From Phallusia mammillata (lineage: Eukaryota), in NCBI GenBank assembly GCA_965637545.1, contig OZ281495.1:22568001-22632000 (forward strand): DNA of 64,000 nucleotides, given 5' to 3'. The notes under the pieces were generated by a model, which was not told where the DNA came from, did no database searches, and was given only the letters and a program-made list of their open reading frames with translations. The position numbers and the translations under genes were made by a program. Of this stretch, positions 1-16,850 are shown piece by piece. Position 1 is the stretch's first letter. Every line of letters starts with the position of its first letter.

Positions 1-1000
1 TTAACTTACTGACGACAAGTCATGGTAAAAAGGAAACTTGACACCGCCACTGATGTGAACTTAGACTCAACAACTAATGCTGACAGGAAACAGTAGCTAA
101 AAAGCGTGGTGCATCCGGGAAGCAATTTCCAAATTACCCTCTTCCGTTCTACTTCTTAAAAGCGAGAGGTGGCACGATTCTTTCTGCCACATTTAATAAT
201 TGGTTAAAATACAATTTGTAAATAAAGCTTTGACTTAGGTTTCTAAATATAAAGCCTGAAGCCATAATTTTGGCCTGGAGTTAAATACTTTTTTTTTCAA
301 ATGATCACGCAAGTTAACAAAACCCACACAGCTTAGTCGGAATCAGGGATTGTTTTAATTTCTAACTGTGCCCACTGTATCATTTTGACAGTTTTACCGA
401 TAAAGGCTTTAAGGGTGTGTGAGGTTTCGTGACATCCAATCACCGACGGACACGCGATGTGAGGCGTTAAACATTATTAACGTTTCTGGACAACAAAGAC
501 CGCCGATTCGACTGGCAATGGACACGCTCGTTTGCAAACGGTCGTCTGGATTGAACCGCCCATCAACTGAAATGCTTTCGATTTCGGTCATGCCGTTCAA
601 ATAAAGGTCGTTATACTAATTCTGGCATCCACCCTTGTGTTTTTATTTTTTGAACTAGTTGAGTCTATGTTTAGATGCTTAAATAGTCGACGACAGAGTC
701 CTATAATTTCAAATTTAAAAATATACAGAAGAAATTGTTTTATAAATTACATTTGTCCTTGCTTATATATTTCGATTGTGGTTAATTTTGTTTCGAAAAT
801 TGGCAAATAAATAATGATATTATTACACAAAGAAATCCAATACATTTTTATCAAATTGCGACAGAAGCTGATTAGAGAAGCTTGCCTTTTTAATTAATTT
901 ATATGGTGGAAAGTTCTTAAGCAACCTTAAATATGTTTTTTGACGTAAACGATAATTCACAAACACTAATTTCGTTTTTTGTCGAAGGATTCATCTACAT

Positions 1001-2364
1001 CAGTGGTCTTCAACCTTTTTTATAGGCGACCACAATTTAAGGGAAAATGAAATCAGAATTTACATGCGACCCCATTTTTTTCAACACTGAGAAAAATGTT
1101 TTAAGTAATGCTGAACCGCAATAACAATTACACAAACTGTACATAATTACCAACAAATATGGCGATACAAAAGTATTACGAAAAAAGTTTTTAAGGCGTT
1201 TCATTAAAGACATAAACCCAATTTTGGGAACACAAACTTGTCAAATTGTTCAACATTTAGTTTGCACTGTTAGTGATGGTTGCGCCTGTATACTGTCCAC
1301 GAATTTTTGAAGCCGCGGCTTGACTTTGCACAAGCTTAACCGCATGTTATGATCCACTTCCAATCGATTACGATGTTTCGTTTTTAATACACTCATTGCA
1401 ATAAATCCTGCTTCACACAGCCACGTGGTTAAAAACGGGATTAGAAAAATTTGGCATAGTTGGGTACATAGGCGCCGAGTTTTGCAAAAATGCAAGGTGG
1501 CGGATTTGAAATATGACGTCATCTTATGTGACGTCACTAATGCGTGCCACCACGTGAGCTCAAACTCAAAGCCCAACAAATTTCACATAGAATGCAAAGT
1601 TTGTCAAAATCATAAAAAAAAATTGAAAATAGTATTTATTTGGAACACTTTGCTGTGCAACGTTTATCACTGCTTTAGCAGCGTTTAAAAAATGTTTTGT
1701 CATGTTGTTTTTGCTTCATATCACCTTAGATAACCATTTATTACAGCACAATCGAATTGTACACAATAATGGCCAAACATTCACTGGCAACAATTATGTG
1801 TTGGACCTCATAAACAAGGCATTAATCTAAACAGGTTGCAGTTTTTTTGCTGTTTTTTTCGCCAGCACGCTTGTTAAGAAGCAAAATCGTTCCTGATTTT
1901 TCTCATATTTTACAATTTTTCGTATGATACCGCTACAAACAAACCAAAATATCCATGGTGGCCGCCACCGTGCTTTACAAACCCAAGGTGGCGGCGCCAC
2001 CCCGCCACCGCCCACTCGGCGCCTATGGTTGGGTACCTTGCGTAAATAACTATTCACTCGTTCTGGTGTCACTGAAATAAGACAAACTTATAGTGTTGAG
2101 TCATAATACACATTGTCCAAACTCATTGTTACGCGATAAAGGCATTTTCTGTTTTTCCACTACCACGATTTAATTGCAACAGGAGGTAGCAAGCTGTACT
2201 ACAAAACAAGAGCAAAAGTTGCGATCTAAAAGAACATAATATTAGTTTCATTTTCGGTTATCAATTTTAAAATGCAATAAATTAAATTCGGCGACTTATT
2301 GCGACCCCAGAAAAAGTTTAGGCGACCCCACTTGGGGTCGCGACCCATAGGTTGACGACCACTG
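1001..2364 (-). mobile_element. Non-autonomous hAT (Charlie/Buster-like) DNA transposon carrying a transposase C-terminal remnant
   Basis: TIRs CAGTGGTCTTCAACCT (1001) and AGGTTGACGACCACTG (ends 2364) match at 15/16. The 8-bp TSD is atctacat/atctacac. The minus-strand remnant at ~1260-1450 reads LIPFLTTWLCEAGF...KTKHRNRLEV...QAQPS, the hAT dimerisation-domain end. Confidence 0.9.
1467..2027. mobile_element. hAT-type MITE nested inside the Charlie-like element
   Basis: Perfect 14-bp TIRs CATAGGCGCCGAGT (1467-1480) and ACTCGGCGCCTATG (2014-2027), with a perfect 8-bp TSD gttgggta (1459-1466 and 2028-2035). Confidence 0.9.
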
Positions 2365-5300
2365 ATCTACACGATCTTAAAAAAATCCATAGCTCCCCTA
2401 AGTTGTACCCACATTTGCCGTTCAAACCAATCTAATTTCGTTACATCAGATATGCTCGCTTAATTGAAAAGCGACGCCAACACTCTGGGTTTGGGCTCGT
2501 TTGTTGGTCTTGCAAGAACAGAAAGATACGATCGAACACGCATTTACCGCTGGCAAACGGCGTGGCTAAAGACTTCACGCGTCTGTAGATTCACGTCAAT
2601 CTACGCCAATGTTTCACTGAACAACTCGCAGCACGTGGTTGAGCAATACACCAACGCGTTTCGCGATGCGCAATGTCCCGAAAACGATGTTGTCAGTGGC
2701 AACATTTTTTGCGGTGCTTCAGTAGAATCCATCGTCGAATTCGAGATCATTTTCTGTGGGAATTCGCCACATGTGTATTTCCACGGAAAGGCAACGAGCC
2801 GAGATATCACACATTAGAAGCAAAAGTGGAAGTTAGCACTCCGTAACGTTTGAAGATGCGGGTGTACCCATCTGGCAAAAATGAGAGCTTCTGTGTCAAG
2901 GGACGCGACTATTACTGCGAATTATACTCGTTAGACTACATGAAACCAATTCTAACGCTTCATGAATTGGGACATATTATCTTTCACAACACGGATGCGA
3001 ATTCTTTTTAGTTGATATATTTTGGTCAAAAACGGGGATCATGGTCCTTTTTTATTCCTTTTTTTTCAATTTCAAAGCCTAATAAAAATAATAAACCTTG
3101 TATTTTTGACTTCGTTACTTAGTTATAGTTCTACTCAACGGCTTCTGTGCCAGCAACTGATGTTGATATGTCCTTACGATCCTGATGACAAAAGTACACT
3201 TTTATTCCCCTATTAAACTGCGATTTACATGTAAAAGTTATTCATAAAAGTAATTATTAACATATGCTACAAAATCATAGAAAAACGTTCTCGAACAACC
3301 TCATTGCTGTTTGGTTATGCATAGTCGCCAACTTTAGGATCACAAAGGACAGGAAACAAGCGGTTTCTCGACTGACGGGAGCATTTCCACAAAACAACAA
3401 GCGACCGCAATGGACAAGAAATAGTTATGCGATAAACCCAGGACGCACAGCGAAGATTCTACGAAACACAACAGCAGGTGTCACAGAACGTAAAGGTTGA
3501 TTGATCTGGGGTTGTTCTGGTGGGCTGGAGGTTTCAATTATGACATGCGAAGCGAGCTCTTCAGCAGTGGTCTGGAAAAACCTCTGAGGGGGGAGGGTTA
3601 GGAAGTGGTTTGTTCTGCTGGTGAATTGAATGGCAATGATGAGTATTTCAAACGTAAACAGAACCTTAGAATCGTAATATTCCCAAGGTGCTTGAAACTT
3701 CACTTTCAGACACACGTTAATGTGATTTGCTAGGAAATTTTAATAACTTTAACAATGCATTGATAAACAAATGACACCGCTACTTAAACCCCCTGTTTGA
3801 TTGCACATGTCAATTGAGCAAAGTTCAAAAATAATAAAAGTGTAATTTGTAAACAAACAAAAGAGTTCCTTGTAGCCATTTAACGTGATAGAAAGTTTAA
3901 CTTTATGGCACAGTGCCGATCAAAACTAGCGGCATGTTGTCTCCAAACAATTACCTTTACAGCAGACACAATAAAGTTTGTTGCAAAAACTTTACACTTG
4001 ACTTACAGGTAGTACTGATGAGGTTACAAACAACGGCATTGCGCATGGCTGCCTCCTGTTATCCCTGTGTACATGACATAATTTCACCTTGGCTTCTGAG
4101 TGTTTGCAGGAGTAAGTATCGGAACAACCACAAGATTCGGATGCAACGAACAGCAGCTGTTGCTAAACCAGAACGTATTCAAAAGCCCAGTAAAATCAAA
4201 GAAAAGTTTATATCTGAACTTATAAAAGTAAACTCCAATTCACAGGGCAGAGTAAATAAGCGAAGCGTCAATTTTTTTTTGATGATGTAAAAATTGAAAT
4301 TTTAACAACCGCTGCAACCAAAAAGCGGCAAAAATATAGTCTGACCTTGCTATGTGACAAATGGAAATAAACTATGGGGAAAACCTCACGTAGATGGACA
4401 GCGTCATTTATCATGGGTAAGGGTTTGGCTGTATCGGATGCGACTCTGTCTGTGTTTGAAGATCATCGCGGTCATCACCACTTCGTGAAACGAAAACCAC
4501 ACAACAGTAGCACAATAAAAAACAATAGATAAAAATAGGGTGGCCTTCGACCAGTGTCAAGTACAAGATGACCACGGATCCTGTGTAAAGTGCTCGAAGA
4601 TGCCATTGCTGGCCGCCCTGGTCAGCACTGTCCTTGAACTCAACAGATAATGATGTTGATAAGAGCTTGCAACATTGTAGCTCTCTTTGACCCAGCGTTA
4701 TCTATAGTTGCCATCAAAATTTGTCTGGGTCCTGGTTCAGTCACGGGTCGTAAGTTTATCCACTGGTTTGTCGAGTCGCTCGCCTATTGGTATCGGTGCT
4801 TATACGGAAAGCCAAAGGAAACGCGAGTAAAGGCACACAGCGAAATTTGTTTGTGGTTAGCTGGATTTTCCGGAGGATCGCGTTTTTAAAACCAACTAAA
4901 CCACGTCGATTTACAAGACCACTAAAATAGAATTTTATACTTGGACAGCTTTATTATTATCAAATAAATGAATGACAATTCATTGACTTTTTAAAGTTTG
5001 TGCCAAAGTCATTCAGGATACAACGGGAATAAAATTGCGAGAGTTACCAGAAATTTTACACTCATACATACACAACGTTCGATTTTGATGGGTGCATAAA
5101 CAAGGGTAGTCCTAATTAGAAACATGCCATCAGCACATACCCAAAGCTTTTGTTCATATCGAATAAAAATAATCTTAACATCACAAACTCTGTACGACCC
5201 ACTTTCAATCGAGTTGGTTCAGGATCGTTACACTCGAGGGGAGGTTTAGGGGTTGGCCTGGGTCCCGTTTTTTCTCCTTCCATTGTTAGTGAACCGTCCC

Positions 5301-5826
5301 ATCTCGTGAAACAAACCCCCAGTTTTGACATGTTGCCGACAACAGGCGTAACGTTAGTCACACAGTTGCAAGTCGATACTGGGGCGCTTGTGGAAAGTTT
5401 AGGGGCAAGTAGTAGAAGGGAGCCAGGTCGGGGGTACGTGCTTATATAGTTGGCTCATTGTGGAACACCACGAGTATCGCTTGATAGACGTGATGCATGG
5501 CAGATAAAAACAATTTTTTAAATGGACATGGGTTTATAACGGCTTGGACATTTTTATACTTCATACATGAAAGTTAATTTTTTTACCTCTAAACACTTAC
5601 ATTTAGTGATGTGTTGATTTTAATTCCGGCAGACACTTGTTTGTTAAAAAGGTAATTGACTGCCTGAGTGGTTTAAGTCTTAACTCTTTCGTCGTTGTAA
5701 GCATAGTTCATTATTAAAATCAGCACCTGTTTCTATTTAGAAAATAAAGAATAATTCTGCTAGTACTAAATTAAGTAAGCCAGACAGCGAGTTTCGGTGG
5801 CTAAGCGATTTGACCGAACGATTTTC

Positions 5827-10631
<4,805 letters not shown>

Positions 10632-11712
10632 CAGTTTTTTACACACTGTAAGCGTTTTTTTTTCCAAAAACTGGCATTTCTAGCCTATACCTTTGTATAA
10701 ACCCGTCGGTTGCATGTGCGTTTCGACCCAAAAGTTCAAATATTTAACCTGAATGATATAGATGCAGGTTTTGAGGAAGGTTGGGTGGAACGAGTTTTAA
10801 ACGTTGTATAGGCCTATGCTTGTAATACAGAGTTATAATTCTTCGTTCGCTGGCCGAATACAAACATTTGTTTTAAAATTGTATGATATGTATAAAATGC
10901 TTATTGATGCATAATAAGCGCAATAAAATACGTTTTCTCTAAAAATTGTGTATGCTGATGCTTACTACAAGATGGCTAAAAGTGCCCAAAATCTTCACGT
11001 ACATTTGTCATGATGATTTGCATTATCAATCGGAAATGCAAATGCTTTAAATTCACGACAAGGAATGTTAATTTTTGTGGCTTACAAAGCGTTCAACCTT
11101 ATATTGCAGAAGATAGAACAAGAATGATTAAGAATTGCGTTTGAAACATTATTCATTGCATTGTTCCTACACGTTATTAGGCAACATTGCATCATCAGCA
11201 ACGAAAGTAGATTGCTAGCAGTAAACACACAAAAACCAATACTGATGGTAGTAGAAATTTAACAAAAATACAAGTTTGTGCTTTGTGTTATTTTCTCAGC
11301 CTCGTGATTGCAGTAAATTGATTGATCACGCGTGTATCACGTGATGTGCGCGTGGTTGGATAAGGCGTGCACGGTGAACGCCGCGTGTTAAGCATTTGTC
11401 TCACTACAGCATGACGGGGCAAAATCACGCGTGACTAAGGAAGAAAAACAACCAACAAGCAGTTATAAAATCCCCTTGCAGCGAAAACAACTTATCCTTC
11501 GTTCTGTTTTGCTGGCAGTTTTTTGTTCTCGTTGAAACGCTGTGTTAGTAGGTCTTATTCTTGTTGTTATGTTATCTGTCTTTATTGTTATACGCGGACT
11601 CTAAAGCAAAAATAAATTAAATTGAATTGTTAAAGGTGATATGCTAACCGTTATTTAAAGTATTGTTATTTTTTTCAGTCTTATATTAGATAACAGTGCT
11701 TTTTGATAAAAC

Positions 11713-14700
11713 ATGAAGTTAAAAGTACTTTACTGGGCAGCAGCAGTTTCTAAGCGAGATTTTTCTACAACTGTGGCCGCAAATGTTCGTCGTTTGCCAC
11801 ATGGTGAGTTTCACACCATGAGTAATGCTAAAAATCAAAAAGCATTGTTACAAGAAGAAATCGCCCTCCCTGGTGATTTAAGTGCACTACCTCAAGTCAA
11901 GTTGCCCGAAACTGAAAATCTGTTTAGAGGCAGCAACTTTGAATTCCCATGTTTAAACAGAAGGTATGTTAGATATAATTTTATTGGGTAGATTTAAGTG
12001 ATTCAATGTAATTTACTCCAAATATTTACATAGATTTGTAGATGGACCAGAACCAAACTATCAAAAGGTGATGGGTGGTTACAAACTCTTCAAACACAAC
12101 AAACCGTTTCATTTCTTTTATAACAAAGGAGTTCTTCCAGAAATACAGGCAAGCATGCAATTTGTGTGGAAAACCACAAAACCACTTTTGATTTACACCA
12201 TTTATTTAAACTTTAGTTGGCATATGAAACATGGGGAGAGCTGAACGAGGATGCCAGCAATGCTATTCTATTATACACAGGTTTATCTGCAAGTTCCCAT
12301 GCTGCACAACATGCGGTAAATCATTTGAAAAATATGACATGTTATTGTGGAGTGTTGTTTATTTTAAAAATGCAAAAGTAGATTCAAAAAGTGGTGCAAG
12401 ACTTATTACTGGGTTTCATATACATAGCAAAAAGTTGCTTTGATCCATTTTTTAAATAGTGTTAACAATAATGCAACCATCTATTTTTAACTGATTTATA
12501 TTGATGTTTTCAATGGTATGATTATTTAGGACAATTCTGCACCAGGATGGTGGGATAAATTTATTGGACCTGGTCAGGCACTTGATACCAACAAGTTCTT
12601 TATTATCTGTGCAAATCAGCTTGGTGGATGTTACGGCTCAACGTATGTTGTGCTTTGTTTCATCTGCATTTGCAGTTTAAATTGTGTTAACACAAATATT
12701 GTGAACATATTTCAGGGGCCCATCAAGTAAAAATCCTTTAACTGGAAAACACTATGGAACACATTTTCCCATGATAAGCATCAAGGATATGGTTAAAGCA
12801 CAGCAACTTCTTTTAGAAGAACTCTCAATAAAGAAGGTATGTTTAAATATTGTGAACTCAAATTTGGTGCAATACTCATAGAAAAAAATGATTTTTCTGG
12901 GTATATAACAACAGCAAATTTGCTTTTCGGGCAAGTTTCGTTAAATTATCTGGCAATTTGAATCCCATTGAAGGTAATACTAACACTGTAATACACAACT
13001 ATGCTCAACATTTGGGTTGAATTTATATTGTTTGGTGAAAATACACATCTTTTGTGTACCTTAGAGTTTAATTCATTTTAGAAGTATAAAGTGTGGTAAT
13101 AGAATATTAAATCACAATTTCAACCTTTACACAGAGTTACGGTTTATTTACCCACAGCGACCTTTGAACGTGGCATGCTACATACTTTAGGCAGCTTGAT
13201 CGCCCCTTTTTGTTTACTATTTAAATGAGCACATGTTTGAACAAAACCCGTGATGGCAATATCCTTTTGTTTATGATCCGAATTTTGATGCATCAATGCT
13301 ATGCAACTTGTTTAACTTTAAGTTGTATGTTCATAGTCTTCAGTTCACAATATAGTAGTTATGTGCCTGGTTTAGCTTCTTGAATCTACTGTATGCCACA
13401 TTTTTCGTCCCAAATTGACCAGCCATTAAAGTACAAACAAACTTGGTCACAAGATAGTCTTTTTTGTTGCTTTCCTGTTACGATTATGTGTGCTGTTTTG
13501 CCAAAGCGTCTTAACACCTAATTCCTGGCCTTTTACCGAGCTTGTTCTTAAAATTTTTGTTTTTCTTTAACAGCTCTATGCTGCTGTGGGATCTTCCTTA
13601 GGTGGAATGTGTTCCGTTGCCATGGCAGCAATGTACCCGACTCAAGTTAACAGGTAAATGAGCCCCAGAATGAGTGCCCTGTATTTAGTTTCTAAATTTG
13701 TTTAATTTCTATCAGGGTGGTATCCATTTCTGCTTGTGCCAAAACCCACCCATCTGCAATTGCTATGCGATACTTGCAAAGAAGGTGCATAATGGAAGAT
13801 CCCAACTGGAACTTGGGGCACTATTACGGAAAGGAATATCCTTTAAGGGGCATGAAATTAGCAAGGTTGGTGTGGTGTTTGCTTGTAAATATAGGTAAAG
13901 ATCATATAAATATAACCTCATGGTTTCACAAGTCGCATGTGCTTCATGGAGTGTTCTATGTAAACATCAGTTTAGGATTACCTTAAATCTTTTATCTGTT
14001 TTACAATTATCTAATGGTGCCGACCTTCCTCCTACAGAGAAATCGGAACAATAACGTATAGAAGTGGGCTGGAATGGGAAGAGAGATTCGGACGAAAGCG
14101 AATTTCCGGCGAGCCTCCGTCGTTATGCCACAATTTTGAAATTGAACAGTACATCGAGTATCAAGGTCTGCAGTTCGCAACAAAGTATGATCCCAACTCG
14201 TTGCTGTATATTTCCAAGGTATGTTTGTGTAACTGAACAGTAAAGTTATTTTGTACACTAGTTAATGCGTTCTTGGTTTACGACTCTTTTTACTTAGCAA
14301 AAAATGTTTCTGTGCGGAAATAAACTGGGTCAGTTGAAAAGTATCTCACACACGTATGCAAAGTTGGGATCAGAAGACCTAGACAAATTTGCATAGTTAT
14401 GTAAAACTTGACATACTACTTTTCCCACTCACGATTTGTTGGCACAGGACAAATTTGACATTTACCACGTACACGGCATAACATTATACAGGGCCGCGTG
14501 ACTGATCACGCATTGCATCAGCCGCGCCATTGCGGGCCTTTTTCACAAGTCTGTGTACCTTGCACCTTACAGTCATTGTCATAGATTCTACTTGAGCGAC
14601 CGTAAAGGAGTTTGACGTCATAGCCCTGTGTGCTTATTGATAGTCTGCGAAAATTGATGTTTGCTTTCAACAATGGGGATTTTTTGTCGCAAATTTGGAA

Positions 14701-15624
14701 ACCAAAGCCTTGTACGCCTTTAGTGCACTAAAATTAGCCTTGGTTAACTGTTTTATGACAATAACTGTTTAGTCGTTAACATATTTTTTACAATGGCTCT
14801 TTTATGAACTATGGACGCCACTTGTACAACCTTTCTCCATAACATGTTAAGAACTATCTGTTTTTCGGTGTTGTATGTGTCTTGGGGAGTTGCACTTTTA
14901 AAACAGCGAAAATAAATTGGGTCAACACGGTAATATATATTGACACTACAATATCGTGTTGTTGCAGGCTATGGACCTGTTTGACGTCAACGAATATTTT
15001 GAGGACTCAAACGAAGATGCCTTGGCCCATATAAAGTGTCCAGTGCTAGTAATGGGCGCCACGAGTGACGTCATATTTCCTATCGATCAACAACGCGAGC
15101 TAAGCAGCCGGCTGCGACAAGCAGGTGAGTGATCTTTGACCCACACAAAACACTCATAAAAACTTGTCTGCGTTGCTTGTTTGTGGATTTGCATAACGTG
15201 GCACATTGACCCAATTAAATTTCTAGCTATTGCACCTTTAATGAACGCCGTTAATGCTCTCTGCTTGCAGCGATAATAATTGCAGATTTTATAACGCAAA
15301 TGTTTACGGATTAAAACCAACTTGACCTGGTTGGTGTGGCACATCATTTGCTACACATTATATTTTGTCATGTCATTTTACTTGAAACAATTTTGCTTGA
15401 ATTAACAGTTTGGTAACAAGCCATTGCGTTTGGCCAGGGTTTTATTACCAATGTATCATTACGTTCTTGCAGGAAACGAAAGTGTGTCTTATTACGAGCT
15501 CAACTCTATCTTTGGACATGACACCTTCCTGTTGGACCTAACCACGATTGGTACAGCAGTGAAAGGTTTCCTTGAAACGGAGCTGGCAACCACAGGACAC
15601 CTATCCAAAAACGGCCGCAAATGA
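11713..15624 (+). CDS. MetX-family alpha/beta hydrolase: homoserine O-acetyltransferase-like, probable serine O-succinyl/acetyltransferase (fungal Cys2-like), probably mitochondrial
   Basis: Exons 11713-11963, 12034-12148, 12217-12315, 12530-12642, 12716-12836, 13574-13653, 13716-13865, 14038-14218, 14968-15124 and 15473-15624. Motifs include [39 protein letters not shown], nucleophile elbow GSSLGGM, KYDPNS, SDVIFP and GHDTFL. The N-terminus is basic/hydroxylated and resembles a mitochondrial presequence. Substrate assignment is inference. Confidence 0.92.
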
Positions 15625-16738
15625 ACTTTCGGATTTTAGAACATTTTGCAGGGTGAAGTACCCTTACAGCCTGCCGGTAGCTATGCTCAACTAGCCGGGT
15701 GGCGGATTGCAACGTGACAGAGCGTTGTTGGATGTGTATGCGCTCCAAACAAGAGTTTGTGTGCTGAAAGTAAACGCATCTGGATTTGCTTAACGATAAG
15801 AACGGAAACCGACCAAATTACCCCAATACTACACACGTCTCGTTTTCAGGGCTTCTAATCAATATATGCAAAGGCTAAGTGGCACAATATCTTCAATACA
15901 ATTTGTCTTGGTGATGCGCTTTCATGCTATTGTCAAGTTTGTTGTGTTCACAGCGAACGCGACAGTGGAAGCATGATATGCATTTTGTGTGTTTTACGTC
16001 CCAAATTATGTTTTTTTACTGTAGTTCATTTAGGTGGTTTTTCTACATTGTTTTCATTTTCGTGGTGATTGTGACATTTATGGCAAGTACTTTGGGCTGT
16101 AAATAGTAACATTTTTTGACAGTATTATTTCCTTACCTTTCTGTATGCCAACATTCGAGCTGTTTTGGGGCCATGGTCGGCGCCAAAGGATGCTGCTTAT
16201 CTCTTTCGTTTTTGTTAGTTTTGCTTCAATTCACTTTAATTTGTGTTCACTATTCGGTCAAGGGACATTGCAGTCTTAAATAAAATAATCATTGTAGGCA
16301 TTAACTGTTAGTATGCATTTTTTCCTTGTGACATGACAATGTACCAAAAATGCAGACTCACGATCTTGTGGCATTAGAGTGTTTGCAAAGGTTTTTAAAA
16401 CTAAACAAAAATTGCAAGTCATTGTAATGCGTCACAAGTTTCTTAACTTCTTACGCAACCGTGCTTTGTCATCAATGTTGACAGAAATGGGTCACTACTA
16501 CCCCCTAGCGGAAATACAGCAGATTGACTGAATCTGACATATGACTGTATAAAGTAGGTAGCCACAAATTTAACCAGCCGCATATATCTAAATAGGTTTT
16601 GTGCCAATTGCAATTGCAAAATAGTCTTGTACAGTAGGTATGCCCGCCAGTTATCAATTGTCTCTTCTGCCTCGCAGTGCAAAATACTTACCGGCTAACA
16701 TGCATAATCAGTTTTAACAAAGCTTTGTAATATTGATA

Positions 16739-16850
16739 GACTTATTTGACATCAATGGTGATCTCGAGGATTCAACAAATATGCCTTGGCCCACATAAAG
16801 TGCTTGGTGCTAATCATGAGGCCAAGAATAGCGTCATATTTCCAATCAAA
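16739..16850 (+). pseudogene. Degenerate duplicate of exon 9 of the Cys2-like gene
   Basis: Aligns to 14974-15086 ([37 protein letters not shown]) at about 84/111 nt by hand alignment, with two 1-nt deletions. Confidence 0.8.

Noticed and set aside
2464-2950. 117-aa ORF and overlapping antisense ORF
   Set aside because: No recognisable domain, non-ATG start and no compatible splice partners. It is probably non-coding regulatory DNA.
5116-5449. Overlapping 81-aa and 99-aa ORFs upstream of ERG
   Set aside because: No domain similarity and no phase-compatible strong donor to the next ERG exon. It may be UTR or promoter.
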